DNA of 64,000 nt from the human T2T-CHM13v2.0 reference genome, Homo sapiens, in assembly GCF_009914755.1 (NCBI RefSeq), contig NC_060933.1. One strand, given 5' to 3'. Below the pieces are notes generated by a model. That model had not been told where the DNA came from. It made no database searches and worked only from the letters and a program-made list of their open reading frames with translations. Of this stretch, positions 41,692-54,699 are shown one piece after another. The position numbers and the translations under genes were made by a program. Positions within the stretch are counted from its first letter, which is position 1; every line of letters begins with the position of its first letter.

Positions 41692-43160
41692 ATTCATTCA
41701 GGAAATATATATTGAGCACTATTTAGGTCTTTTGAACTATGCTAATTGGAGTGGGTACAAAACTATATAAAACAGGATTTCTGCCTTTAAGAAAATTATG
41801 GTTTAATGGGGAGACTCTCAAGTGACTCAACAAAGATGGTGGTAGGAAATAAGTATTATGCTACAGTATGATCGAGTATAGACAAGATTTCCTGGCAAAG
41901 GTAATTCTGAAAGTGAGTTTTGAAGTACAAGCAGGAGTTAGCTAAGCAGAAGAGGAGAAAAGGCATTACTGGCCGAGGAAACAGAGCACGTAAAGAGAAA
42001 AAATATAAAAAGCTTTTGTGGAATTCTAAGCAGTACTGTATAACTGTGCATATCATTAATTTATTTAATAAATATTTGTTGAATAGTTATGTGCCTGGTA
42101 AATTTTAGGCTCTTAGATATGACCGTGTTTGAGATAGATACATTTCCTGCTGATATTCTAGTGTACGTAAAGGGGCATGTGATGAACAAATGTATGTTAG
42201 AGGTAACAGCTAGGATGACAAAAACAAGGCAGAGAAAGGGGAATAGAAAGAATCAGGGCATGGGGAAAGTGGGGTGAACTGCTATGTCATATGAAGTGGT
42301 CAGGAAGCCCTCTTCCATAAAGTAACATTATCTAAGAGTAGACACATAAGAAAAGTAAGAAAGATAGCAAATATTTAGAGAAAGAGCCTCTTAGGCCCAG
42401 AGAAGAACAAGTGCAATGGCCCAGAGACAGAACTGTGCTCGGTGCATTTGATAAACATCAAGGAAGCCAGGGGATCTAGAGTTGAATGAGTGAGGAGGTG
42501 ATGAAGGAAAAGCTGAGTAAGAAAAGAATGGTAGAAAGTGAGGTGAGAGGGAGACCAGGTGGGCCAGGCCACATAGTGCCACACAATCAATTTTTGGGAT
42601 TTTGGCTTTTTACTCTGAGTGGTGTGTAAGTCCATCAGAAGGTTTTAAGCAAAAGAGCATCATGATATGAATTATGATCATTCTGGCAGCTATGTTGAGA
42701 ATAGCCCATAGGGACAGAGTAGAAACAGAGAGTCCACATAGTAAGCTTCTCGATAATTCAAGGGAGGGATGATGGTGTGCGTGGGGTGAAGGAGTAAGCC
42801 TTGGTGATACTGAGAAGTGGTTGGATTCTGTGTATATTTTGAAGATAGAGCCAACAGGATCTCCTGATAGACTGGGTATGCGGCAAGAGAAGAGAAGAAA
42901 AGTCAAGAGCAATCCCAGTATTTTGGCTTGAACAATTGGAGAAATAATGAAGCTGTTTACTAGAATGGGAAAGACAATAGGAGGAACAGATGTGAGCAGG
43001 AGGAGATGGTACAAAGAAATCAAGTAATTTGTTGGGAGATTCTATTTTTGAGATGACTATTAGGAATCCAAGTGGAAATTGAGTTACCACTGAATATTTC
43101 AGTCTGAAATTTAGGAAAGACAGGAGATTTGAATTTATAACTCATCAGCCTATAGATGGT
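41692..43160 (-). mobile_element. Two L2 fragments (tails at ~41692 and ~42052)
   Basis: AATAAATATTTGTTGAA tail; GAAGGTTTTAAGCA; GGATTCTGTGTATATTTTGAAGATAGAGCCAACAGGAT. Confidence 0.85.
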
Positions 43161-43179
43161 ACTTATGTCTATAGGACGC

Positions 43180-43410
43180 AGTCATATGAAAGGCAGTATG
43201 GTATTCCATGTTCTGGAGCCAGGTTCGTTCTGCACATTACCTGTGCAACCTTGGGCAATTAACTTATCTGTGTTTCATTTTCCTCATTTACAAAAGAAGA
43301 ATGACAATAATCATAAGGTGATTGGGAAGTTTAAATTGTCACTTATAAAGCACTTAAAAAGCATTGACTGACACAAAATAAGTCTTCAAAAATATTAGAT
43401 ATATTTATAA
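43180..43410 (+). mobile_element. MIR
   Basis: TTCTGGAGCCAG...ACCTTGGGCAATTAACTT...TTTCCTCATTTACAAAA. Confidence 0.8.
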
Positions 43411-44499
43411 CAATGTGGGAATTATGTCATGAGATGTGTATATTGGGGCAATATTTTTAAATTATCAAAATGATTTGTCTATAATTCTTCTTAAATAATA
43501 GGACCTTGCACCTTCCCCATGCAATGTATTAAGAGCATGATGCCTAAAACCATCATTGTTTAGCTAAGAGGTTTAAAACTGCTTTTCTTATGTTTCTTGT
43601 GACACCGTAGCCTTGTAAACTAAGTTTTGGTAAAAGAAAAAAGGGAATTCTACATTCCAAAAGCTTCCCTTTATAAATTAAAATAAAATTTCAGAAGGCC
43701 TGAAAACAGAATTATACTATAAGCCATTTTCAAAGAAAAAATAGGATTAAATGGATTAAGTAGGAATAACTGCCTTACTTTAGCAGATCTACAGTGCCAG
43801 GCAGAGGTAAGGTGAACACCTAGTCAACAGGGAAGGTAGTAGACAGCTTTGGGAGCAGTCATCTGGCCTGGCCCATGCTAAGATCAAGGCTGATGATTTA
43901 TACCAGCTGCAGACACTCTTGTGGATACTGGAGGAACAGACATTAACATCCAAATACTAGCTAAAGTGGAGGAGCAAAGGAGACAGTTCCATGATCAAAA
44001 ACACTTATCCCCATTCCATGGGTAGATCTGCTCCCTTCATTCAAGCACTATATCAAGAATGTGAATTATAAATTATCTTAATACTTCCATGGAAGAGACT
44101 GATTTAAATTGAATTACACTAACTTGTTAAATTTTAAGATTTGTTTTTTAAGTACTAGGAAGGGAAGTGCAAAAGCAGAGCAAAGCTTTTATTGACAAGA
44201 ACATTATATTTTTGTTATGTCATAATTGTACTGTGTATATATATTTATTATACTTTGCTAGACAAGGCAAGGAGAATAAGGGACATGTCTACAAAGATAA
44301 TTTTAGACTATTTTCTGAGCCATTAAAATAAGCTATTTGAGGAAGATACTTCAGATTGCAGCCTGGGGAAATATTAGAGAAAGAAGTTGATGTTAGAGAC
44401 AAGGAGGCGACCAGAAGTTACACTTGTATCAATTTTTTAAAACTCCTATGATGTTATAATCACTGATATATGGCTGGTATAAGTTTATATACAAATAAA

Positions 44500-44862
44500 T
44501 ACTTAATTTTCCAGTCTCCTTTGAAGTTAGGGGGCTATGAGTGTTGATAGCAGAAGTAGCATGCTTGATTTATATTCTTAAAGGGAGGACTTGCTGCTTT
44601 TCCTCCTTTTTCCTTCCTGGAAAATAGATGATGGCTGGAGCTCTGACAACCATGTTGGGCTATAAGATGACCTTGGGAGAATGAAGCCATGCATTCCTGA
44701 GTTAAAAGATAGGATAAAACCTAGGTGCCTTACATTTTAGAGTGCTCTAACATCCCTTGATGACTACCTCTAACTTTTTGAATATAAGACAGTGATTTCT
44801 ATATTGTTTTACTCAGTCTTGAGTGTTTTTTTTTTCTGTTCCCTATTGAGCATCCTAATAAT
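44500..44862 (+). mobile_element. MLT1J-like LTR
   Basis: TTTCCAGTCTCCTTTGAAGTTAGG...GATGGCTGGAGCTC...CCATGTTGG. Confidence 0.65.
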
Positions 44863-45092
44863 AAAAATACTTATTGAACAACATTTAGCAAACACGAAGA
44901 AGCTATTTATATATATTATATATAATTTATATATTATATATAAAATAAAATATAAAGTATGCATATTTCCACCATAAAGAATTATTTATTATTAATATTT
45001 CCAAGTTTTCTAAAGACTTAATTTTAGTTTTTTTCCCTAAACTTTTATATATAGAATGTTTTTAACCGTTGACATGGACGATTTGTTTTAAC

Positions 45093-45462
45093 AGTGGTGG
45101 GATTGTCATTATGCTGCTCACCAAGTATTTCTAACTCTCTGCCTCCTGAGCTCATGGTAGGGTTGTACTTACTCACATTCTGTGATTGGGTGGGACTGTT
45201 GTCCAGTTCTGGCTGATGAACCGTCAGCCGAAGTGGCTTGTGCTGCTTTTTGTCTAAAATTGAATTGCCAGTTTTTGAGTCATTTTCAGAGCTCTCTTTG
45301 CTGTCTGCCACAGAGACCTACAAGGTAGTCCCAGAGTTACAGCTTTGGGAGTCTAGATCACAAAGTGATCAGGGTCAAGAAATAAACATTTGTACCTCGA
45401 AGCCACTGAGATCTGGGGCCTTGTTTGTTATTCAGCATAAACTAGCATATCCTGACTGATAG
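45093..45462 (+). mobile_element. MLT1H/I-like LTR
   Basis: AAGAAATAAACATTTG...AAGCCACTGAGATCTGGGG...TTGTTA...ATCCTGACTGATA terminus. Confidence 0.75.
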
Positions 45463-46729
45463 AACAATTAGGATATATGATAGTCTATAGTATGTGTGAG
45501 GTGTTAGGATAAATTCTAAGATCCTCATCCGTATTTCACACAACTCTCCTCATTGCTTGATGAATTCCAGTCCGTTGGTTCCTCACTTGCTCCATGCTCT
45601 TTCCTAAATCATTGCTCTCAAGCATACTATTGACTTGTTCAGTAACATACCAAGCGATCTTTGACATTTCCATTAAGATGTCATTTACTTACCAAACCTT
45701 TCCCTGACCCCTAGGCCTTTGATAGTCTCTTTTGATATGAATACTTCTACTTAGAAATTACCACTATACTAATTAAATTCTTAATTATGTAATTAAGAAT
45801 TTAAATCTTTATCTTACACTAAAATGTAAACTTTATAAGGGTTAGGACAATACATTTTTGCCTACTTCTTTATACATAGTTTCTAAGGCAGATACAAGTA
45901 TTACAGCATAAAACAAGATATTTTTCATCCTAAGCGACGTTCACAGAGCATTTCTCCTTTTGAGAAAGACTCTGTCTCTTCTTTTTCTTTCTTTCAGATT
46001 TCTAAATTATAATATCCCTTTTATTTGAAGTAAAGTTGCCCTGTAGGAAAAGCTGAACTTATTCAGTCTGGAAAAAATAAGCATGATATACTGGGGAAAG
46101 AGGATATTACAATTTATGTGAAGAAAAATGATGATAAACTGGTGCTAGTCCTGTGATATTATTTTTATGGATAGGTACTGAAAATGAGATATTGTTGCTT
46201 TTGGAAACCAAGGATGGTTTGCTTTTAAAGAGGAACCAATAAAGGTTTAGAGTAAATGAAAACCCGAATCACAAAAATAGTACTGAAATCTTAGATTAAA
46301 GAACACTTTATTATTTTATATGTTCTACAGATGCAATCTCCAAATCTTGTGAGAAGAGTTTCATTTTTAGAAGCCATAATCTGAATTTTAAAATATCACC
46401 AATACTGCAAAATACAGAAAATTTATCCTAGCTTTATAAATCTCTGTTGGATAATGGGTGGTTTCCAATGCTTTCAAAGTTTTAAAAAATATATTTCCAG
46501 TTTCAAGACAGAGGACAGTATCGTAACAACTGGCATGCCTACCTAGTGACTTCTGTTTTAATTTCATTGGCCAATTTGGTTAAATACATATGCCTAACTC
46601 CAAGGGTAGCATGGAGCTGAATATTTTTAGATGCATACTTTGCCTTATAGAATAAAATTGAGATTGTAAGGAATGGGAAAATGGTTATTGGGCAAGTAAT
46701 TATGTATGTTTTCTACAATACATTTTAAT

Positions 46730-46975
46730 AATTATCAGTAAGAATAACAAACATTATCTGTTATAAATGACTTATTGTTTCTAAAACCATTCAATCTGTG
46801 CAACAGCGAATTAAGGAGACACTATTGCTATTAACTCTTTTTATTGATGAGGAAGCAAGATGGACAGAACGATTAGGTAATTTGCCTTAGATCACACAGC
46901 TGGTCGTTGCTGCAGTCATGCCAGTGTTTGAACCTAGGAATCTGACTCCTGACAGTGCTTTTAACCCACTCTATT
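46730..46975 (-). mobile_element. MIR
   Basis: GATGAGGAAGC...GGTAATTTGCCTTAGATCACACAGCTGG...TTGAACCTAGG...CTGACTCC. Confidence 0.8.
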
Positions 46976-47324
46976 AACAAAGTTTAAAAGTGTGTGATTA
47001 CATCTTAGCACAAGCATGTACATTTGCCTGCTTTAGTGCTAAAGATTAAGCTTCAATTAGTGTCAAGTTTTGAAGATATTGGGAAAAGCCATTATGTCTT
47101 TTTATGTATAATAGTTCTTAACTATCTTAAACCATTTAAATTATTTTTAAAAACTTATTTTAAGTAAAAAATTAATAAAATACAAATGCACATGGTATAA
47201 AATTGAAAATATCATAGGTCATATACACAGAACAAAATGAGTACAATGAAAAGTAGGTTTTTCTCTTACTCTAAACCCTGAGTCTCTGGTCTACCTTGAG
47301 GAGAGGTAATCACTCACATGTCAA

Positions 47325-47620
47325 AGACTGTCATTGTCCCCCAGTATCCAAACTTTCTTTTTTCCTTTCAGTAACTGACCATGTAATTTTTATCTGGCTT
47401 ACATGAACGATTGTCTCAGCAGTACCCTTTCCAGCCTTCCTTGTAGCTAGATGTAGACATCTGTGAAATCCCAGCCAATGAAATATTAGTGATGTGATGT
47501 GTGCAAATTCCAACTCATACTCTTTAAAAAGGAACATGACTTACATTCTGTTTTCTCTTTTTCTCTTTCTGTGGGCTATAAAGTGGCTGAAGTGGCTGGT
47601 GGTGGTCCACCTAAATTATT
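47325..47620 (+). mobile_element. MLT1J-like LTR fragment
   Basis: TTTCCAGCCTTCCTTGTAGCTAGATGT...AGCCAATGAAAT...GTGATGTGTGCAA. Confidence 0.65.
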
Positions 47621-48389
47621 CAGGCAATGGCAGAGAAAAGGGAATTTTTCTTGGAGTAGAGAAGAATTCACCCATCTCCTCTCCACATCTTCACCCTGAA
47701 CGATTTTTCAGCAGAGAAACTAATTTCTGCTGTTTGAATTAATGTATGGATTAAGTTGATGTAACAAAGAGTCACAAAAATAAATGTTAACATTTCTTTT
47801 GTCTTCAATTTCCTAAAATTATTTCTCAGTTCATTTGAAAAACTACAATGATAATATGTAAATTATGTTTGGGCTTCATAAAAATCTTTGTATTTCCTAA
47901 GCTTTAAATTTCCACCAAGAAACCCTGTTAATCAATTTTCTCATGTGTTAATGCTCTGTCAAGAGATACGGTTTATTTTACTTGTTCTCCTCTCAAAAAT
48001 CGAATGTGAAGAAGTAAAAATTAATGTTTCTTTTCTGGCTGAAAGTCTGCCTTTGTTTTTAGAGTGGATATAATGTGGACTCTGAATAAGGATTGGACTG
48101 TGCTTTTTAAATATCTTCGTGCAAGGAATAATCAAAAGCTCTGATGTTATCTAAGCAAAGAGCAAATTGGCTTTGTGTGGCATGTGTGTATATGACTTCA
48201 TAGATACTTCAGTATAATATTAAGTGACCAAAACAATTTAAATGCCTCCCAGACTGAGATCTTGTTTCTTCATATTCTCATCAGTTTTATTAATATGGCT
48301 ATGAAGATTATTTTTCAGTTTAAAGGAGTGAAGCTCCTTTAAAAACAGCAAACTGAATTGGTTGTATCCATATTTGCAACTAAACTCAC

Positions 48390-48475
48390 TTCCAAGCCGG
48401 TTGGTCCTGATTTCTATTTTCCTACTGTCTATGCTCAGAGAATGCAAGCATTCACTCTTAATGATCTCTGAGATC
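48390..48475 (-). other. Candidate exon, 86 nt
   Basis: Pyrimidine-rich tract ...TTGCTGCAG| acceptor and A|GTGAGT donor; open frame ISEIIKSECLHSLSIDSRKIEIRTNRLG. Confidence 0.3.
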
Positions 48476-49360
48476 CTGCAGCAACTCCATATGGAAATGA
48501 GGAGGAAATAAAAAACAGGGATCAAAAAATGTTCAATGTATTTTATACACTATTTTATTTTCTTTTTATCTCTATTTCTGTACAGCCTTTGTTATATGAG
48601 TTGGTGACTATTTTCATAGTGGTTGCAATTGTTTTTTATATGCATCCAAACATCTAGAAAAGAGAAAAGTGGTTCAAGGTCAGTGCAGGTGTATGAAGGC
48701 TAATTATTAGAGAAACTATAAGGAACACAAGAACCTAAAGGCACATAGCTATTTTATTTTGCTGCAAAGGATAAAAATCTTTTTGTTTCTCAAGTATAGT
48801 GTTTCTTCTGTTTGTAATTTACTAAAATTTATTGGCAAGATTGATACAAGGAAGTAGGTTTTAAACTCTTTTCATTTGTCTATGGGCTCATATTTATTAG
48901 AGAGGAAAATATGTATATTTGAGAGGAAACTGTGTATATTTGATGGGCAAAACAACAAATATTTCATAGGTTCAGAATGTGCTGTACAGAGCTGAGTCAT
49001 TTTTATATCCGCTGATACTATTGGTAGTTCAATATATAAAGCTGAAGAAGGGATACCAGTCATATTGAAGCTTTTGAAGATGTCAGTCTCAAATTTTGAA
49101 GAGTTATTGTAAACATGTATTTAAAAAATGAAATATTGAAAGAGATTTCCATTGTCTTTCCCCATATATTTTGACTGAAAGTATGTACATTTCTGGGTAA
49201 GCTTTTAGTTGTTTTATGACTTTTCCCCCTCCTGTTGCCATAGAGGGGCTGTGAACTCATTACTTATAAATTTAGCCTCCACCTGGTTTCCACTAAAGTC
49301 AGAAGGCTAGCATCTTCACTCAGAGGTTTAAGTGCACACGGTAGGGCGTAGTTGACCTAC

Positions 49361-49481
49361 TGCCTTCACCATCTCCATCTGCTTCTCTTTGCCTCCATCC
49401 CCCATGGCCACTGCCACCAATGCCTGCCATGTCTTCCAGCATCTCTTAGAGCTTTTAAGTGAGTTCAAGAGAGCCATCTGT
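49361..49481 (-). other. Candidate exon, 117-121 nt
   Basis: CTAAC branch motif, TTTTGGTTCACAG/ACAG tandem acceptors, GCA|GTAGGT donor; purine-rich body. Confidence 0.3.
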
Positions 49482-49731
49482 CTGTGAACCAAAAGTTAGC
49501 AATAGTGCACATTAGTGAGTGATCATTTTGAAAACCACCAAATGACCTGTGGTTTTGGTGTTTTTAAATAATTCTGTATGTGGTCTTTAGTAGTTATCTC
49601 TTAGCAGTATTGATAAGCATTTACTTCTCTCTCTGTTTTGTTTTTCTTTCTATTCTTGCATACTGTTATGTTCTTCTCTTGTTTTGTAATTTTATCTGTC
49701 CTGTATTTGTAACTGTAGTGCCTCCATTTAT

Positions 49732-49940
49732 CAGTGTTTCTCAGTGGGGGTTCTGTTGGCAATTCAGGTAAGACAATGCTTTATAGTGCAGAATGTTGTT
49801 TGTTTTTTGGCATTTAGCAACCCTGGTTCCCAACCACTAAAATGCTGTAGCACTTCCTAGCTACTGTGAAAAGCAAAAACATTTCTTTATAGTGCCAATA
49901 CCTCCTAAGAAGGCAGTATCGGCCTTTGTTAAGAGCCACA
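49732..49940 (-). mobile_element. MER20/MER117-like hAT MITE
   Basis: CAGTGTTTCTCA...CATTTAGCAACCCTGG...GTTAAGAGCCACAG termini. Confidence 0.65.
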
Positions 49941-50369
49941 GATAGTCTGAAATTCCACAGGGACACTCGTGGGGGGATATGTTTATTTCTATTAGTCAAG
50001 TATTAATGTTTACTTTGTGACTAGCACTGTGCCAAATGAAAAAACATATCAAAGTTAAGACATGCATTCAAGGCAATTAATGAACAACTTGAGGCTCCAA
50101 CATTATCCACACTGTAATTAATGAATAGATAGTTTTTTTTTTAATTGTCTGCAAGTGTAATCTATTGGGTAAAGAGAAAGAAATTCAGTCCTATCTTATG
50201 ACCTCCTGGCAAATCAACAATGTCATTATCTTTTTATGCAACCCAAACTCTCCTTGGGTGTCTCAGAAAAGGGATTCTGTCTTTCAAATCTGCTCCATTC
50301 CCAGGTAGTGTTGGGACAGATAGTAAAAGGGAGTCTTATTTTGTCATCATGGCAGAGGAGAAATCATAC

Positions 50370-50560
50370 CATTCTTCAGATACATTTTGCAGTTGTGGTC
50401 TGCTTTTGGGAGTGGTGCCTTCTGCGCTGCAACTGGCTGTTTCTAGCTCTCTGGATAAAGCTGCACTCTTCCTTGTGGAGTCTAGGGCTCTGGCATCATT
50501 GGTCTTTGAGCTTGAAATCTTCAGTGGAGATAGGCTCTTTGCTTTAGATCCAGGGATTTT
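50370..50560 (-). other. Candidate exon (5' boundary unknown) ending at a GTATGA donor
   Basis: 63 open codons KIPGSKAKSLSPLKISS...PQLQNVSEE then TG|GTATGA; TE-free and GC-richer than flanks. Confidence 0.25.
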
Positions 50561-52140
50561 TCATAAAGCTTCCTTTTATTTCCCCTAATTTGCAAAGACT
50601 TCTTGGTCTCTCACACATAGGCCATGGAAAGCCAGAAGGACAGCTTTAGCTTCACCTGCGTATGTATCTTGAAACACTACCATCTCAGCCATGAAGCCCA
50701 GGTGCTGAGTTGAAAATGTCATTGTGCAAGCTTCTAAAGGCTTGCTTTCTCCTTGCTACTATGCCACTACCTAGATGTGCTTGGCCACCCCTCTACTTAT
50801 CCAGCAGTTTCTAAAATTACTCATCTCCCACACCTGGTCCCCAAATCCCTGGGATTGCAAGGGGTGGGAATTTCCTTCTTTCCTCTTCCTCTCTGGACCA
50901 CTCATATAAACTGTGAAGTGTATCAAAGTCCACTTCAATACTACCAAGTTTTCAGGCCCATTTTTTCTGCAAAATCTTATTTTGAGTAAGGAAAGCTAAG
51001 TATAAATTAGTCTATTTTTATCCCTCTTAATGATTTTAATAAGCCATTCATAGACAGGTGGCTATATTTGGCTTTCAGGGTAAAAACTTGTATACAGGGA
51101 AATACATATATATGAAAGTGTATATAGGGAAATGTATATAGAAAAGAATACACTGATTTTATTTTATTATTAGCACCACATAACAGCCATGTCTATACAT
51201 AATTATATGTACACAGTGAACAAGATCAGGTGACATTTGCTTGTGTTATCTAGGGATGCTGTGGAGCATGTGAGATTGAATTAAATTTGACACATAGATA
51301 TGGTATGAATATAAATAGAAAGGAGAGAGGAGAGGTAGCACAATGAGCATAGTGTATGTATATTGAGGAGTTCTGATAATATAGTTTTAAACAATCATTT
51401 ACATAAAGAGATATGAAGGCACAAAACTAAGCATTACAGGGCCTCATCTTATTATCTCTTCAAAATGTCATAAATAATCTTTACAAACATGTAAAAAATA
51501 AGAAAAACAAGATGTTAAATTGAGAAAGACTTTCTCTCTCTGGTAGTGGTTTATTTTACTATTGTTTAAAAAACTTATTTTCCAATTATTCAGTGATTGA
51601 TTTTATTATCTGCTAGTGTTTAATAGAGGAAATGTGGCAGCAGGTGCCAAAAGGTTGTTTTTTTTTTTTTTAGGGGGAAGAAGTTAAAATTGGAAAAAAA
51701 ATTTTCATTTTCCCCTTGCAAATTGGAAAAAAGATCATTTTTATTCAGTGTTAAAAGCAGAAAGCCTCTTTGGAGCTTGGGAAATACTAAAGTTTCCGGA
51801 GAATAGATTGAAAGCCACCACACGCTGTAAAGTCTATTCTCAACAATCGCTTATTTTAAATCTAATAACATTGTTTATTTTTTCTTTTCTTTCCACTTAA
51901 TTTGGTTGGAGTCATGTAGAACAACATTTATCCTTTGATTTAAATGTAAATTGTGATCTAGGAAATACATTTTGCCCAAGAATTTTATATATATATATAT
52001 TTTTATTTTTATTTATACTCTGAAAATGTTATATACTAAAAGTATTATATATTTAAAAGTATTACAGGTTCAAGACTCAATATTCAATATTTTTACTCAT
52101 TAACTCATTAACGTTTAAGTGGATCATGTTAATGGATTTG

Positions 52141-52631
52141 TGTGGCAGGCAGAATAATATCTTCCCCAAAAGATCCATGTTCTACTCCCCAGAACCTGTG
52201 TATATGTTATGTTGCGTGGGAAGGAGAGGATTGAGGTTACTAATCAGCTGACATTAAAATGGAGAGTTTATCCTGAATTATATGTGTGGTTCCAATGCAA
52301 TCACAAAGGTTCTTAAGAGTGAAGGAAGGAGACAGAAGACTCAGAATCAGAGTGCTGTTATGTGAGAAAGACATGACCAACAGTTGCTTGCTTTGAAGTG
52401 GAAGACAGCCACAAGCCAAGCAAGGTATGCAGCCTGCAGAACCCAGAAAGTCAAGAAAACAGATTCTCCCCTGAAGTCTGCTGAAAAGAATGCAGTTCTG
52501 CCAACACCTTGATTTTAGACAGATCTATCCCACATAGATCTCAGTGGGAAGAACTGTAAAATGATAAATTTGTGTAATTTCAAGCCAAGAAATGTTTAAT
52601 ATTTGTTATAGCGGCAATGGCAACTAATATA
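52141..52631 (+). mobile_element. MLT1D solo LTR
   Basis: TGTGGCAGGCAGAATAAT...CCCAGAACCTGTG...ACAGATTCTCCCCTG...TTTGTTATAGC...AACTAATA. Confidence 0.9.
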
Positions 52632-53109
52632 GCGTTACTAAAGTGAAAACATTTGAGTTCAGTAGGTATCTAAAATTGAGTTTCAGTTCTTCTTTTTAAT
52701 TAACTTTCAGCAAATTATTAAAGTTATTAAACATCTACAATAAAAAGAATGATTATTAACTTTCAGGATATAAAAGTAAAGAAAATAATATACACTTTAA
52801 AAATCTGAACCATATGTTAAACACTGTGTGCTAAAAATTATATAAACATTTGAAATCAAAATTATTAAGAATAAAACAAAGTTCTGGTTTTTAAGGAATT
52901 TGTATTCAAATTTAGAAGAAAGACATTTAAATGAACAAATTTAAGTAGAAATTAAGTAGAAGATGATATTATTATAGAGAAAATAGCAAATTATTGGAGA
53001 GTGTTAAAAGACGTGCCAAAAATATTTGGAGATGTTATATCTAGGATGAATTTTGAAAGATGAATACATTTTGCCAGGTGAATATTAATGTAAATATACT
53101 TAGAATTTT

Positions 53110-54690
53110 ATTCACTATTGACGAGGGTTTTTGTTTCGGCAGATTTTTTTTTGATAAAGTTAAGGAAATATTTATTTATTCCCATGCTTAAAATATTTTT
53201 TAAATCAGGAATAGTTTTGAATTTTATGAAACACATTTTTGGTCTCTGTGGGAATAAAGATTGTTTCACCTTCTAGCATTGCAATTCTGGGGAAAGTCAG
53301 TGGAATTTACAAGTTATATATTGCCAAGTTCTGCTTGCTAAATTTTTTTTTTTTTAAACAACATGATTGAGGTATATTTTTCCTTTGGTAAAATGGGTGT
53401 TTTTTGTAATTTTGATTAATCTAGTGAGGAAAGAACCAGCTTTTTGTGTCATAATTTTTTTTATTGGTTTTCCATTTTTTATTTCATTAGTCTCAGTTCT
53501 GATCTTTACTTTTTCCCCACTTCTACTTATTAATGTTTAATTTGCTCTTCATTTTCTAGCTTCTTACGATGGACACTTAGATAATTTAGTTTAGATATTT
53601 TTTTCTTCTAATACACACATTTAAAGTCATAAGTAAGCCAGATGTGGTTCCAGCTATGCAGGAGGCTGAGGTGGGAGGATGTTTTCACTTCAGGAGTTAG
53701 ATGCTTCAGTGATCCATGATCATGCCAATGCACTGCAGCCTGGGAAACAGAGGGAGACCCTGTCTCAATAAATAAATAAATAGACAAACGAATAAATAAA
53801 TATTCTAAATACTGCTTTAGCTGCATCTCACAGATTTTGATATCTCACATTTTATCATTCAATTGAAAATATTTCTAAATTTCACTTATGATTTCTTTGT
53901 TAACCCAATGGTTATTGTCAAGTGTGTTGTTTAATTTAGAAACACTGAGAATTTCTCAAGTAATTTTTTGATGTTTATTTATTTAAAAAATTACACCTAG
54001 TAAAATTTACTCTTTTGGTGTACAGTTCTATGTGTTTTTCCAAATGCTAGGTACCTTGTAGCTACTACCGTCAAACTATAGAACAGTTCTATTACCTTCC
54101 TAAAATTTATATTTGTGTGTGCTTTGTAGTCAGTATCTCCCTGCACTCTTGTTCTCTGTCTATGTAGATTTTGCTTTTTGAGACTTCAAAATGAATTATG
54201 TGTTTGTTCTCTATTCGGTACTGTCTTTTTACTTTCTCTTAAGACTGTTGTTACCAAGATGAACAAATACCTTTACTGCAGCTGCAGTTTCAGTATCAGG
54301 TTAATATCCTGATATTAATATTGTTAATATTCTGGTATTATTAATTTTATCTTTGTTTTATCCCTTTGCTTAAGAGCTAAGCTCCAAGTTAATTTTTTTC
54401 CAATATTTTAGCCAATACTTCAAATTATTTTAGAATGAGAGTCTTTTGGGATATCTGCCCTGATATATATCTAAAGGCAGAAATCCAGGTCAAAATTTTT
54501 TCTCCAAACTTAGGTTAATATATACATCTGCAGATAATATGCCAAACAGTTGTCATACAAATGAGCTTGTCCAAAAGTTTCTTACTCAACACTGGTTTTG
54601 AGATCAATTCATTGTGTGTGTATGTGTAGTTTCTGTTTATTTAAAAAATAATTTATGATATTCAATCATACATATAAGTCTTATTTTCCT
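53110..54690 (-). mobile_element. Old L1M fragments
   Basis: AAAGAACCAGCTTTT...CTGCTTTAGCTGCATCTCACAGATTTTGAT L1 ORF2-like minus-strand sequence. Confidence 0.65.
53637..53800 (+). mobile_element. Alu monomer (FRAM/AluJ right arm)
   Basis: GGAGGCTGAGGTGGGAGGAT...CACTGCAGCCTGGG...GAGACCCTGTCTC followed by (TAAA)n. Confidence 0.85.
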
Positions 54691-54699
54691 TCTTTCTCT

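Noticed and set aside
42375-43090. Hydrophobic 86-137 aa ORFs
   Set aside because: Chance frames in a decayed L2.
43784-43812. 20/23-nt micro-exon with GAG|GTAAGG donor
   Set aside because: Not frame-preserving, short pyrimidine tract, no independent support.
12706-48942. Short two-copy repeats (12706, 27777, 48901) as CRISPR-like or functional arrays
   Set aside because: Only two copies each, no spacers, eukaryotic context; consistent with slippage duplications.
50220-50588. 122-aa + strand ORF
   Set aside because: No splice or homology support; likely the antisense shadow of the minus-strand open frame.
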